A stretch of DNA of 64,000 nt from positions 12,028,001 to 12,092,000 of the forward strand of contig NC_043025.1 of assembly GCF_006345805.1 (NCBI RefSeq). Direction: 5' to 3'. Within the stretch, counting starts at the first letter, position 1, and every line of letters starts with the position of its first letter. The notes under the pieces are model-generated. The model was given only the letters and a program-made list of their open reading frames with translations, did no database searches and was not told where the DNA came from. This document shows positions 49,047 to 58,445 of the stretch, piece after piece. This stretch comes from Octopus sinensis (Eukaryota). The position numbers and the translations under genes are program-made.

Positions 49047-50021
49047 GTGCATATATGTATGTTTATACAACTAATGTAGGATAAAATTTTTTCGGGGAAA
49101 AAGTTTTTTATCAATGGCCAGCATATCAAAAAATACCTTTAAAGGTTAAATTTATAAACAATTTACAAAATAAGGGCAAAAGAAAAATTCTAATGCCAAA
49201 TATGCCGAAAGAAAGACAAAAATTGTCAATAACCATTATAATTTATGCGTCTCGAAACAAACCGATAGAAATCTCTAAAAAATTCGTTATTACCGTATTG
49301 GTCCAATTTCGGGGTTAATTCGTAAGAATTTTCTCCTCTTCAGCGGCAAATACGCGAGATATAAGTGAAATACTTACTCATACCCATGGAAAAAGCAAGC
49401 ACCAAGTCCCGTATGTTTATATATATATAAATATATGAAAGAATGGAGTTGAACGACGATTTAACAAATTTCCTTTATTTTCGACATATGTTTCGAAGGC
49501 TGCATATTCCTAATTGCGAAGGAATAAGGAGTACATTATGCCACTTTCTCATCAGGAAAAACAAGGAACTTATGTCGAGAAAGTGGCATAATGTACTCCT
49601 TATTCCTTCGCAATTAGGAATATGCAGCCTTCGAAACATATGTCGAAAATAAAGGAATTTTGTTAATTTGTCGTTCAACTCCATTCTATCATATATTTAT
49701 ATTTTTAAAAAAACATACAAATTTCCACACGAAAGCACGTAACTTCAAACGTGTCTTCTCTGATGTGAATTTGCTACCCAGGTATCGGGTAACCGAATTA
49801 TCCATAACAAGATAATTCATTCAACTACTCAAATATATATATTATATATATATGTGTGTGTGTGTATATATGTTTGTGTTTGTATATTTATATATGTATG
49901 TGTATATAAATCATTTAAGTTTTGTTTCTGTTTTTTCCAGTCGATGCTATCCAAAGTCCGGGCCATGTTGAAAGCCAGCCGCCAAGCCATCCTCAAGGAA
50001 GACACCAGTTCTGACTTATGA
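7810..50021 (+). CDS. SFSWAP: Splicing factor SWAP / suppressor of white apricot homolog, 17 coding exons, 999 aa
   Basis: Joined exons: 7810-7991, 21327-21490, 23588-23704, 24803-24873, 27378-27600, 29603-29777, 30701-30913, 32782-32986, 35117-35276, 37634-37774, 38781-38966, 40830-41073, 42369-42563, 44861-45193, 45762-45953, 47528-47645, 49941-50021. They sum to 3000 nt, the frame stays open, and all introns are GT-AG. Motifs [65 protein letters not shown] and KVRAML match SFSWAP as I recall it. Confidence 0.95.
8232..8965. repeat. Compound (TA/TG)n microsatellite in SFSWAP intron 1
   Basis: Low-complexity block; similar blocks at about 1215-1330, 5760-6700, 7040-7450, 47680-48240 and 52880-53520 explain the Y/I/C/V-rich ORFs. 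Confidence 0.95.
9661..9707 (+). ncRNA. Degenerate minimal hammerhead motif (U4C, broken stem II)
   Basis: ctgt-CCGACGA-A-cggcaacgg-GAAA-ctcagag-TA-acag; stems I and III pair. Confidence 0.45.
11337..11696 (-). mobile_element. Non-autonomous Helitron-like element, family B
   Basis: Minus-strand 3' CTAG with hairpin CTATGAC-c-CGGC-aac-GCCG-a-GTCATAG; related copies at 13228-13396 and 24354-24749. Confidence 0.7.
11698..12080 (-). mobile_element. Non-autonomous Helitron-like element, family A
   Basis: Minus strand A|TC...CTAG|T with no TSD and a subterminal GC hairpin. Confidence 0.75.
14590..14790 (+). mobile_element. Degraded RTE-like LINE fragment
   Basis: Encodes [11 protein letters not shown], the RT thumb 'RWxGHVxRM' motif. 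Confidence 0.5.
14803..15766. mobile_element. piggyBac-like MITE containing ~8 x 108-bp tandem units
   Basis: TTAA at 14799-14802 and 15767-15770; TIR CCCTTTAGCATTC / GAATGCCAAAAGG; motif gaattaatc at 14861, 14969, 15076, 15184, 15292, 15401, 15509 and 15617. Confidence 0.75.
16218..16997. mobile_element. Merlin-like MITE (GG-terminal 24-bp TIR, 8-bp TSD) with a nested SINE
   Basis: TIR GGATC.TTTCGGTTTGAACGGCAG; TSD gaattttg/gaagtttg; SINE at ~16496-16863. Superfamily inferred only from the GG termini and 8-bp TSD. Confidence 0.65.
20329..20923 (-). mobile_element. Helitron-like family A copy with internally multiplied ~100-120 bp unit
   Basis: Same termini as 11698-12080; repeated ttttagagagttacttcccttatataatagcg blocks. 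Confidence 0.7.
21327..21490 (+). CDS. SFSWAP: SFSWAP exon 2 (DRY_EERY)
   Basis: Acceptor cgttag|G; [13 protein letters not shown]...[24 protein letters not shown]; donor G|GTGAGT. Confidence 0.95.
21560..22134 (+). mobile_element. Internally deleted piggyBac-like transposon
   Basis: TTAA|CCCCTTACCC...GGGTAAGGGG|TTAA; acidic 48-aa ORF 21900-22046 like a transposase N-terminus; splits a Helitron-A fragment at its TTAA. Confidence 0.8.
23120..23400 (+). mobile_element. R4/Dong-like non-LTR retrotransposon 3' fragment (restriction-like endonuclease)
   Basis: [37 protein letters not shown]...[16 protein letters not shown] (23120-23353), directly after a (TAA)n tract. Confidence 0.8.
23588..23704 (+). 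CDS. SFSWAP: SFSWAP exon 3
   Basis: Acceptor ttccag|A; [22 protein letters not shown]; donor G|GTGAGC. Confidence 0.93.
24354..24749 (-). mobile_element. Helitron-like family B copy
   Basis: A|TCTCTC...CTAG|T termini; colinear with 11337-11696. Confidence 0.7.
24803..24873 (+). CDS. SFSWAP: SFSWAP exon 4
   Basis: Acceptor ttgtag|C; [24 protein letters not shown]; donor ATA|GTAAGT. Not in the ORF track; restores phase 1 to 0. Confidence 0.88.
26640..27240 (-). mobile_element. SINE family B (GGCGTTAGGAAGGGCATCC domain, (ATG)n tail) with internal VNTR; representative copy
   Basis: Other copies at about 1-155+, 10485-10668-, 13730-13998+, 18500-18905+, 23985-24270+, 24930-25430-, 31385-31617+, 38425-38625-, 41313-41630-, 41650-42085+, 46375-46710- and 47110-47360-. 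Confidence 0.8.
27378..27600 (+). CDS. SFSWAP: SFSWAP exon 5 (SURP domain 1)
   Basis: [41 protein letters not shown]...PYYKHV; tttacag| and G|GTAAGA. Confidence 0.95.
28510..29574. mobile_element. Tandem array of five piggyBac-like MITE units
   Basis: Units 28724-28881, 28913-29071, 29103-29322 and 29354-29574 plus a 5' partial; each is TTAA|CCCTTT.G.TACCA...GTAAC..AAGGG|TTAA, with a near-identical ~23-27 bp spacer. Confidence 0.8.
29603..29777 (+). CDS. SFSWAP: SFSWAP exon 6
   Basis: Acceptor ctgtag|A; [19 protein letters not shown]...[10 protein letters not shown]; donor AG|GTAAGC. Confidence 0.9.
29797..30635 (+). mobile_element. Tandem array of SINE family C (gactttgcctttcatcc domain)
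   Basis: Five to six partial units. Other copies at about 19330-19620+, 22420-22540-, 22541-22667+, 22870-23040-, 27750-27985+, 31139-31360+, 36365-36950+ (three tandem), 51688-51910+ and 60420-60512+. Confidence 0.8.
30701..30913 (+). CDS. SFSWAP: SFSWAP exon 7 (proline-rich)
   Basis: Acceptor ccgtag|T; [10 protein letters not shown]...PPPPGVEP...STVY-G; donor GG|GTAAGT. Confidence 0.9.
32326..32710 (-). mobile_element. tRNA-derived SINE family D (tRNA-Arg-like head, RTE-like tail); representative copy
   Basis: Head GTGGAGGCGCAATGGCCCAGTGGTTAGGGCAGCGGACTCGCGG..GGTTTCGATTCCC. Other copies at about 10170-10456-, 33200-33581-, 46790-47094- and 51054-51637+ (two tandem). Confidence 0.8.
32782..32986 (+). 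CDS. SFSWAP: SFSWAP exon 8 (SURP domain 2)
   Basis: [42 protein letters not shown]...YYEFKK; tttcag| and AAG|GTTTGT. Confidence 0.95.
33655..34395. repeat. ~375-bp tandem duplication
   Basis: Matching blocks offset by 372-382 bp. Confidence 0.75.
35117..35276 (+). CDS. SFSWAP: SFSWAP exon 9
   Basis: aaacag|GAA; EFEQEKSK...VSFSIKPK...; donor G|GTAAGT. Confidence 0.92.
37145..37630 (+). repeat. CT-rich minisatellite forming the intron-9 pyrimidine tract
   Basis: Degenerate units containing cacccctatccatatgctctcccttct. Confidence 0.85.
37634..37774 (+). CDS. SFSWAP: SFSWAP exon 10
   Basis: catcag|A; [32 protein letters not shown]; donor G|GTGAGT. Confidence 0.88.
38781..38966 (+). CDS. SFSWAP: SFSWAP exon 11 (conserved helical segment)
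   Basis: [41 protein letters not shown]; ttgcag| and G|GTAAGT. Confidence 0.95.
38985..39756. mobile_element. Same MITE family, left-truncated with repeated internal segment
   Basis: Internal GGATCTTTTCGG restarts and intact right TIR ending GAAAAGATCC. Confidence 0.65.
40830..41073 (+). CDS. SFSWAP: SFSWAP exon 12
   Basis: gtttag|G, open frame, donor AG|GTAGGT; phase fits both neighbours. Confidence 0.85.
42369..42563 (+). CDS. SFSWAP: SFSWAP exon 13 (RS domain)
   Basis: ttgcag|A; [25 protein letters not shown]; donor AG|GTAAGT. Confidence 0.92.
44262..44783. mobile_element. Same MITE family, full length with duplicated right end
   Basis: Perfect 8-bp TSD CAAATGTT at 44254-61 and 44784-91. 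Confidence 0.8.
44861..45193 (+). CDS. SFSWAP: SFSWAP exon 14 (RS domain)
   Basis: cttcag|A; [17 protein letters not shown]...KKHKRSRS; donor AG|GTAAGT. Confidence 0.92.
45762..45953 (+). CDS. SFSWAP: SFSWAP exon 15 (S/K-rich)
   Basis: Acceptor ctcaaag|A (or in-frame cccag| 9 nt downstream); donor AA|GTAAGT. Confidence 0.85.
47528..47645 (+). CDS. SFSWAP: SFSWAP exon 16
   Basis: ttccag|G; [39 protein letters not shown]; donor GAA|GTAAGG. Not in the ORF track; converts phase 2 to 0. Confidence 0.82.
47778..49417. repeat. ~819-bp near-identical tandem duplication
   Basis: The marker gtgaaatacttactcataccc begins at 48546 and 49365. Confidence 0.85.
49470..49568 (-). ncRNA. Type I hammerhead ribozyme motif, Penelope-like
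   Basis: Minus strand: stem I ttccttgtttttc - CTGATGA - G..stem II..C - GAAA - palindromic stem III ACATATGT - GTC cleavage triplet - gaaaataaaggaa. Confidence 0.7.
49941..50021 (+). CDS. SFSWAP: SFSWAP last coding exon
   Basis: ttttccag|TCG; [26 protein letters not shown], resembling the vertebrate C-terminal KVRAML motif. Confidence 0.92.
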   Translation, partial: SMLSKVRAMLKASRQAILKEDTSSDL

Positions 50022-50326
50022 CATTAGCTGATATGCATTTCTGATCCTTCGCTGTTTTCTTGATGGATTTTTAAGATGAAATCTTAACTGGAGAAAAAAA
50101 AAAAGACCCTTTATTATATGGGCAGAAGTGAGAGGGTCCCCACACACATTTGGACCTGAATTTTTGTTCTCTTGTCTCCCACATTTTTAACAAACTGGTT
50201 AGTGGGACCTTCTCACCCAACCCTCTTGATCTAGTAGCCAAATCTCCCTCGTCCTGTCACCTCAAGTTATAGAGTACAGGGAGCCTATATGTGGTCACTT
50301 GGCCTGCTAGAAATAAAGCTAAATCT

Positions 50327-50754
50327 CCCTCAAAGCTGATCCTATTTTACTGTCTCAAATAAAGAAGGATAGAAGGAGCCTCTATGTGATGGCTTGAGCC
50401 GCTAGAAATAGCAGCTAAATCTTGCTCAAATGACACTCTACTTTATTAAAAAGAGGAAGTATATATCTTAGATACCACAGCTGTTCACCTACTGAAGAAA
50501 ACAGGATGGTCATGGTTGGAATGCCAGTGATCATAGGCTGCCCTCAAAGCTGATCCTATTTTTCTATCTCAAATAAAGAAGGCTAGAAGGAGCCTCTAAG
50601 TGATGACTTGAGCTGCTAGAAATAGCAGCTAAGTCTTGCTCGAATGACACTCCACTTTATTAAAAAGAGGAAATATATATCTTAGATACCACAGCTGTTC
50701 ACCTACTGAAGAAAACATGATGGTCATGGTTGGAATGCCAGTGATCATAGGCTG
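50327..50754. repeat. 214-bp tandem duplication just 3' of the SFSWAP stop
   Basis: ccctcaaagctgatcc at 50327 and 50541. Confidence 0.8.
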
Positions 50755-52106
50755 GCTTGTTTGTGGGTGACCTGGTGGTAAAGGAGCCTGAGTTTTTTTT
50801 ATTGTTGCTGTGAATGTAATGGCGAGAGGTGGGGTGAGAATTCCAGGTCCTTGGCCGACCCCTTTTTGGTGGGAGGCAGCACCATAACAGCTGGAATAAT
50901 TCTGGTTGACCCTTTTTTGTGATCGTCTTTTTAAGCAACTACCCTACCTGAATGCGTCTCTGCTCTTTTTGAAAACAGTCAAAAATTTGGAAAAAAGCTT
51001 CGTCAAATTATATTCCAAACATAAATTGACAAAAGACAAATAATGTATATTGAGTGGAGGCACAATGGCCCAGTGGTTAGGGCAGCGGACTCGCGGTTTC
51101 GATTCCCAGACCGGGCGTTGTGAGTGTTTATTGAGCGAAAACACCTAAAGCTCCACGAGGCTCCGGCAGGGGATGGGGGTGATCCCTGCTGTACTCTTTC
51201 ACCACAACTTTCTCTCACTCTTACTTCCTGTTTCTGTTGTACCTGTATTTCAAAGGGCCGGCCTTGTCACTCTCTGTGTCACACTGAATATCCCCGAGAT
51301 GACCCAGTGGTTAGGGCAGCAGACTCGCAGTCGTAGGATCGCGGTTTCGATTCCCAGACCGGGCGTTGTGAGTGTTTATTGAGCGAAAACACCTAAAAGC
51401 TCCACAAGGCTCCGGCAGGGGATGGGGGTGATCCCTGCTGTACTCTTTCACCACAACTTTCTCTCACTCTTACTTCCTGTTTCTGTTGTACCTGTATTTC
51501 AAGGGGCCGGCCTTGTCACTCTCTGTGTCACGCTGAATATCCCCGAGAACTACATTAAGGGTGCACGTGTCTGTGGAGTGCTCAGCCACTTGCACGTTAA
51601 TTTCACGAGCAGGCTGTTCCGTTGATTCGGATCAACTTTGTCACAGGTCACGGTGTCCCCATTTGATGCACAAGATTGAAGAAAGCTAAGGCGGCAAGCT
51701 GGCAGAAACGTTAGCACGCTGGTTGAGCGAAATGCTTAGCGGTAGTTTTTGTTTTGTCTGTCTTTACGTTCTGAGTTCAAATTCTGCCGAGATCAACTTC
51801 GCTGTTGGGGGTTAATAAATTAAGTATCCGTTGTGTACTGCAGGTTGATCTAATCAACTGTCTCTCTCCACCACCCTCAAAACAATTTTCGGGCCTTGTG
51901 CCTAGAGTAGAAAAGAAAAGATTGAACAAAGGTTTTGTTGATGAAAGCATTTTGATTTTTGGATGTCCCAACAATATAGGGTCCAGGTTTCACAGCTGTA
52001 ATCCATACGTCTTTCTGTATTAATATCAGTAAATATAATTCCTGGTGTCCCTTGCTCTGTCTTCCTCCATCCTGCCCCATATTCTTTTAAAAATGTTTAT
52101 TTGTTC

Positions 52107-52510
52107 CCCACTGTTCACAGTTGCTATTGTTACAGATTTCCCCGGGTTAAAACCACTGTTAAACCTGTGAAGATACAGGCTTGAAATAAAAAGGTCCTGG
52201 GCCCCCCCGATTCATTCGTCTAGAAAACACACATCAACCAGTGTTGGTGTGTTTACATCCCCATAGCTTAGCAGTTCCCCACTGTTTACAGTTGCTATGG
52301 TTACAGATTTCCCCGGGTTAAAACCACTGTTAAACCTGTGAAGATACAGGCTTGAAATAAAAAGGTCCTGGGCCCCCCCGATTCATTTGTCTAGAAAACA
52401 CACATCGACCAGTGTTGGTGTGTTTACATCCCCATAGCTTAGCAGTTCCACACTGTTTACAGTTGCTATGGTTACAGATTTCCCCAGGTTAAAACCACTG
52501 TTAAACACTG
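52107..52510. repeat. 171-bp tandem repeat (~2.3 copies)
   Basis: ctgtt(c/t)acagttgct at 52111, 52282 and 52453. Confidence 0.8.
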
Positions 52511-52667
52511 ACCGCCACACCATCGCATTCTTCACTCCACCTCCCCTCCTGGGGTCAGATTTACTCTCCATAAATACTACCACTACCACTATTTTTTTTT
52601 TTGTCTTTTCCAAACCTTCACCTTCTGGAAAAATTCGCATCCACAGTGTAATTACCCATCCCTGCGT

Positions 52668-52790
52668 GGTACCCTGCAGTACCTCACCATATCACTGCGA
52701 GGTACCCCGCAGTACCTCACCATATCTCTGCGAGGTACCCTGCAGTACCTCACCATATCTCTGCGAGGTACCCTGCCGTACCTCACCACA
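52668..52790. repeat. 33-bp minisatellite (~3.7 copies)
   Basis: Unit ggtaccctgcagtacctcaccatatc(a/t)ctgcga. Confidence 0.85.
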
Positions 52791-53611
52791 TCATCTTCCT
52801 TCTATAAATTTATTGAACTCTCTCTGTCTCTCTTAGAGGTAGCTGTACAATGTATATTCTACTTATTCATCACTATGTAATATGTATATATATATGTGTG
52901 TGTGTGTGTGTATATATATCGCATAAGTTTTGTAATGCATGTTTATATAATGATATGCAGTTATGTTTGTGTGTGTGTGTGGTAAATATATATATATATA
53001 TGTATACACACATATACACATGTATGTATATATATATACTAATGTTAATTGAAAGTATGAAAAGTATGTATGTATATGGTTGTGTATGTGTATGTATATA
53101 TGTGTATATATAAACATAGCAAAATAAAATGTGAATGTATTTCCGATGAAATATATAAGGATTGTGTATGTATAAAGCTATGTTATGTATATGTGTGTGT
53201 GTGTGTGTGTATATATATATGTAAATATTTAACATCAATAAAAGTGTTAAGAAAACAAGTTATTGGATTTTTTGTTTTTACTCTCTCCTTATCCCTCTCT
53301 CTCTCAATTTGAAATTTAATGAGGAAGCCTCTGCTCAGTCAGTCAAACTGAAATAACAGCCAAATAATCCTCAAATACACCCTATGTTGTTGTTTTTTTA
53401 TTTTAAAAAGGGTATATATATATTCTTTTATATATATATGTGTGTGTGTATATATATATGTGTATATATATATATGTATGTATATATGTATGTATGTATA
53501 TATATATGTATATATATAATGGGAAGCTTTATGAAAACAAAAGATGAAGGCAGGTGGAGTACAAACAAACAAATGTATTAGTATGGCGCTCAGGAATAGA
53601 AACAGAACAAG

Positions 53612-53649
53612 TCTTTTACGTTTCGAGCCTACGCTCTTCGACAGAAAGA
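53612..53649 (-). ncRNA. Degenerate minimal hammerhead motif (A6U)
   Basis: Minus strand: tcttt-CTGTCGA-A-GAGCgtagGCTC-GAAA-C-GTA-aaaga. Confidence 0.55.
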
Positions 53650-54709
53650 TACACAGAAAAGAAACAAGGAGAGAAAAAAAATGCGTGCAGAAGCTAATGA
53701 TTCAACATGTATATATATAATATATATGTATGTATGTATATGTATATATATATATATGTGTAAATATATTGGTAAAAACAGTAAGATAACAAAAGAAAGA
53801 AAGAGACCTCAATATTATGTAAATAGAGGAATTTATCTGTAAATGTAATGTGTGACAATTATTCGGTAGCCATGACATAACCCCAAGTTTCAGATGTTGG
53901 GGGCAAAAACCCACACCGCCATCTCTTCGATTATCCGGCTATTGGAAAAATGACCGTTACACAAAGGGTAATTACTGTGTTATTAACCACTATTTAGACA
54001 AAAGAGCTGTTCGAATGACCGCTAATTAAGGTAAGGGGGTGAAAAGTTCATAGTATTTGCGTAAGCACGCCTGTTCATACATACACGTGCGTACGTATAC
54101 ATTCATCCACCCTCACTTGAAAAAAAATACACATCTTCACTCGCATCCTTCACCGCACAGGAGTGGCTGTGTGGTAAGTAGCTTGCTAACCAACCACATG
54201 GTTCTGGGTTCAGTCCCACTGCGTGGCACCTTGGGCAAGTGTCTTCTGCTATAGCCCCGGGCTGACCAATGCCTTGTGAGTGGATTTGGTAGACGGAAAC
54301 TGAAAGAAGCCTGTTGTATATATATATATGTATGTGTTTATATGTTTGTCCCTCTAGCATTGCTTGACAACTGATGCTGGTGTGTTTATGTCCCCGTTAC
54401 TTAGTGGTTCGGCAAAAGAGAACCGATAGAGTAAGTACTGGGCTTGCAGGGAGTGAGTCCCGGGGTCGATTTGCTCGACTAGAAGTGGTGCTCCAGCATG
54501 GCCGCAGTCAAATGACTGAAACAAGTAAAAGAGTATACGCATACAAACCCGCACATATGCGCACCGTAAAAGTTCACACATACATCTACATGTGCACAAG
54601 CGCAGGAAAAAACAGGGTTACGGGTAACAATACAGAAAAAAGGCATAAGGAAGTATACAAAGAGTAAACCTTGTTTATATACACACAAACATGCATGCAC
54701 AGTTTCCGT

Positions 54710-54870
54710 CTACAAAATCCAATTGCAAGGCTTGGTCGGTCCAAGGCTATAGTAGAAGACACTTGCCCAAGGTGCCATGTGGTTCCGGGTTCAATCCCTC
54801 TGCGTGGAACCTTAGACCGACCAAAGCCTTCTGAGTGGATTTGGTAGATGGAAACTGAAAGAAGCCTGTC

Positions 54871-54903
<33 letters not shown>

Positions 54904-55850
54904 GCAGGAGTGGCTGTGTGGTAAGTAGCTTACTAACCAACCACATGGTTCCCCGGGTTCAGTCCCACTGCGTGGCACCTTGGGAAAGGGTCTTCTACTA
55001 TAGCCTTGGGCCGACCAAAGCCTTGAGAGTGGATTTGGTAGACGGAAACTGAAAGAAGCCTGTCAATATATATATGCAGGAGTGGCTGTGTGGTAAGTAG
55101 CTTACTAACCAACAACATGGTTCCCCGGTTCAGTCCCACTGCGTGGCACCTTGGGAAAGGGTCTTCTACTATAGCTTGGGCCGACCAAAGCCTTGAGAGT
55201 GGATTTGGTAGACGGAAACTGAAAGAAGCCTGTCATATATATAATATATATATATATGCAGGAGTGGCTGTGTGGTAAGTGCTTACTAACCAACCACATG
55301 TTCCCCGGGTTCAGTCCCACTGCGTGGCACCTTGGGAAAGGGTCTTCTACTATAGCCTTGGGCCGACCAAAGCCTTGAGAGTGGATTTGGTAGACGGAAA
55401 CTGAAAGAAGCCTGTCATATATATATATATATATATTATATATATCATGAGTGGCTGTGTGGTAAGTAGCTTACTAACCAACCACATGGTTCCCCGGGTT
55501 CAGTCCCACTGCATGGCACCTTGGGAAAGGGTCTTCTACTATAGCCTTGGGCCGACCAAAGCCTTGAGAGTGGATTTGGTAGACGGAAACTGAAAGAAGC
55601 CCGTCGTATATATAAATATATATATATATGCGTGTGTGTGTCTGTGTTTGTCCCCTTAGCATTGCTTGACAACCGATGCTGGTGTGTTTATGTCCCCATC
55701 ACTTAGCTGTTCGGCAAAAGGAACCGATAGAATAAGTACTAGGCTTACAAAGAATAAGTCCCGGGGTCGATTTGCTCGACTAAAGGCTGTGTTGCAGCAT
55801 GGCCGCAGTCAAATTACTGAAACAAGTAGAAGAGTAAAGAGTATATATAC
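54710..55850 (+). repeat. Head-to-tail array of SINE-A 5' halves
   Basis: Four to five ~175-190 bp units, each broken at the internal (TA)n; the last unit carries the 3' half. Confidence 0.8.
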
Positions 55851-56530
55851 ACACGCACAAAGACTGCGGCCATGCTGGAGCACCACGTTTAGTCGAGCAA
55901 ATCGACCCCAGGACATATTCTCTGCACGCCTAGTACTTATTCTATCGGTTTCTTTTGCCGAACTGCTAAGTTACGGGGACGTAAACACACCAGCATCGGT
56001 TGTCAAGCAATGATGAGGGGGACAAAGACAGACACACAAACGCATATATATATATATACGATGGGCTTCCTTCAGTTTCCGTCAACCAAATCCATTCACA
56101 AGGCTTTTGTTGGCCCAAGGCTATAGTAGAAGACACTTGCCCAGGGTGCCACGCAGTGGGACTGAACCCGGAACCATGTGGTTGGTAAGCAAGCTACATA
56201 CCACACAGCCACTCCTGCATATATATATATATATACATATATACGACAGGCTTCTTTCAGTTTCCGTCAACCAAATCCATTCACAAGGCTTTGGTCGGCC
56301 GCAGTGGGATTGAACCCGGGACCATGTGGTTGGTAAGCAAGCTACTTACCACACAGCAACTCCTGCACCCGTATATTCATTCTTTTCGAAAGTAACGAGG
56401 AAACGCATTTGATGGGGCACGTTTGTGTACTTATGTCGCATATTTTTTATCACAGGTATTATCTGGCGTGAAGGGTAGATTCCAAAGACACCTGAAATGG
56501 TTTGAGAGGGCTCCCTGTAAATATTGTCTG

Positions 56531-57191
56531 GGATTTTTTTGGTTTGAACGGCAGTTTTTTCTAGCGGTGTCATATGAAATTGTCACCCATAATTATGACC
56601 CTAGTATCGATCTATTGCATTTCAATCTGTTTTAGGGTTAGGGGTGGGGGAGAAGGGTATCTTTTTTTTCTTCAGAAATGTCAATAAACCCAATCTGTTT
56701 CTTAAACGAGGGACATATTCATACGGCACAGAATGTTTTTTTACCTCAATAGACGTCATTGATTGGTTGAAATTGAAGAAAAAAAACAACAAATATCTTA
56801 CAAACCATAGAATTTTTTCAATAAAACCAAGAGAAAAAAATGTTTTATAAACACATTCTACCAGTGTACGAACTTTGGTCAAACCGAAAAGAACTTAGTA
56901 TTATAATCTCTTACAGAACCTTTTTCCCAAATTTGAAGCCCCCAAAATTTGGGGGTTCCTTATATACGTTAAAATAGGGTAATTCGAGATATTCGGCTGC
57001 TATTTCTAGCACGTCCAGTGACCACTTAGCGGCTATATCGTTGCCTTGTTGCTGTCAATTATAGAATTTTCTCAATAAAGCCAAGAGAAAAAGATGTTTT
57101 ATTTTGACACATTCTACCAGAATACGAAGTTTAAAAGTGTTTAGTTACGTAGAAATTATGTTAAAAGCTGCCGTTCAAACCGAAAAGATCC
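56531..57191. mobile_element. Same MITE family with internal captured sequence
   Basis: Perfect 8-bp TSD ATTGTCTG at 56523-30 and 57192-99. Confidence 0.8.
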
Positions 57192-57825
57192 ATTGTCTGT
57201 AAACTTTATATTTACAGATTATGAAAAAAAACAACAAAATGTTAAATTTTGCCATTAGGACGAGGAGCGAGAATCGCTTGATACGAAACTATTTGCTTTG
57301 GTTCGAGACTACCGCGGGAAACCAGCCATGTGCTTACGTAACGTGGATATTTAGTAAACAAGTTGACAACCCTTGTGTGACCAATTAAGGGTGGAAAAGG
57401 GTAGTAGTGAGGGTAGGAACAGTGAACCATGTGCTAACGGGAGGCTTTTATATGGTTTGTCAACCCTTCAGTTACATAACAACTTGCCGTAAGTATTTCT
57501 CTGCTTAAATCTGGTTTTGTTGATAATTAAATTAGGGTAGAAATTAGTCAATCTGTAACTTCTGCCGGTTATTAAAATAAATATATATACCTATGTTCTG
57601 AATTTATGTTACCGTGTGTGTAACCAAACACATACACACGCGTGTATGGCGATCTTTCGTCTATATACATATATATATATATTAGAAGAAATGAGGTAAT
57701 CAGAAGATCCGATGGTTCATATTTATAGATATTTATTTATATATTACATTTTTTACATATATATCATATCACTTAGATCATTTCTTCTAATATATAATAC
57801 CTGTACATCATCTCCAAACCTTCCA

Positions 57826-57870
<45 letters not shown>

Positions 57871-58382
57871 ATATTCGTATTGCACACACACACATACTAT
57901 TAGATTGTTTTTTGTTTTGGGTAAGAAACGTATTCACAAACAAGCAAAGAGTTTAAATAACTGAAAGAGTAGTTTAATATATATATATATATACTGAGAT
58001 GTACTTGCATAGCAAGTGATTTGATCTGAGATCGTGTGCTGGAACGAATACAATTGCAGCGTGGAAGGTGTTTATAAGCCATTTAAGAAACACACAAAGG
58101 CCGTTCGATTCACTTCAACATTTAAAGTTTAATTTGCCAAAATATTTTCGTTGCTTTGAGACCGCGACCTGTTCACTGACAAAGAATCCGTGCTGCATCT
58201 CAGATCAAGTCACTCGCTATATATATATATATATATATATACCAATTAAGGACTGAACACGAAAAGTGGACAGTCAACATGCTAGATATAGACGTCAAAT
58301 CGCCATTCTCCACAAAAGATTATGTTCTCAAATCATGCTAGACCACTGGTTTTAATTGATAGATATCAATTTCTACCCTTAA

Positions 58383-58445
<63 letters not shown>

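Noticed and set aside
50312-50363. AATAAA hexamers after the SFSWAP stop
   Set aside because: They lie in repeat-derived duplicated sequence, so the true poly(A) site cannot be chosen from sequence alone.
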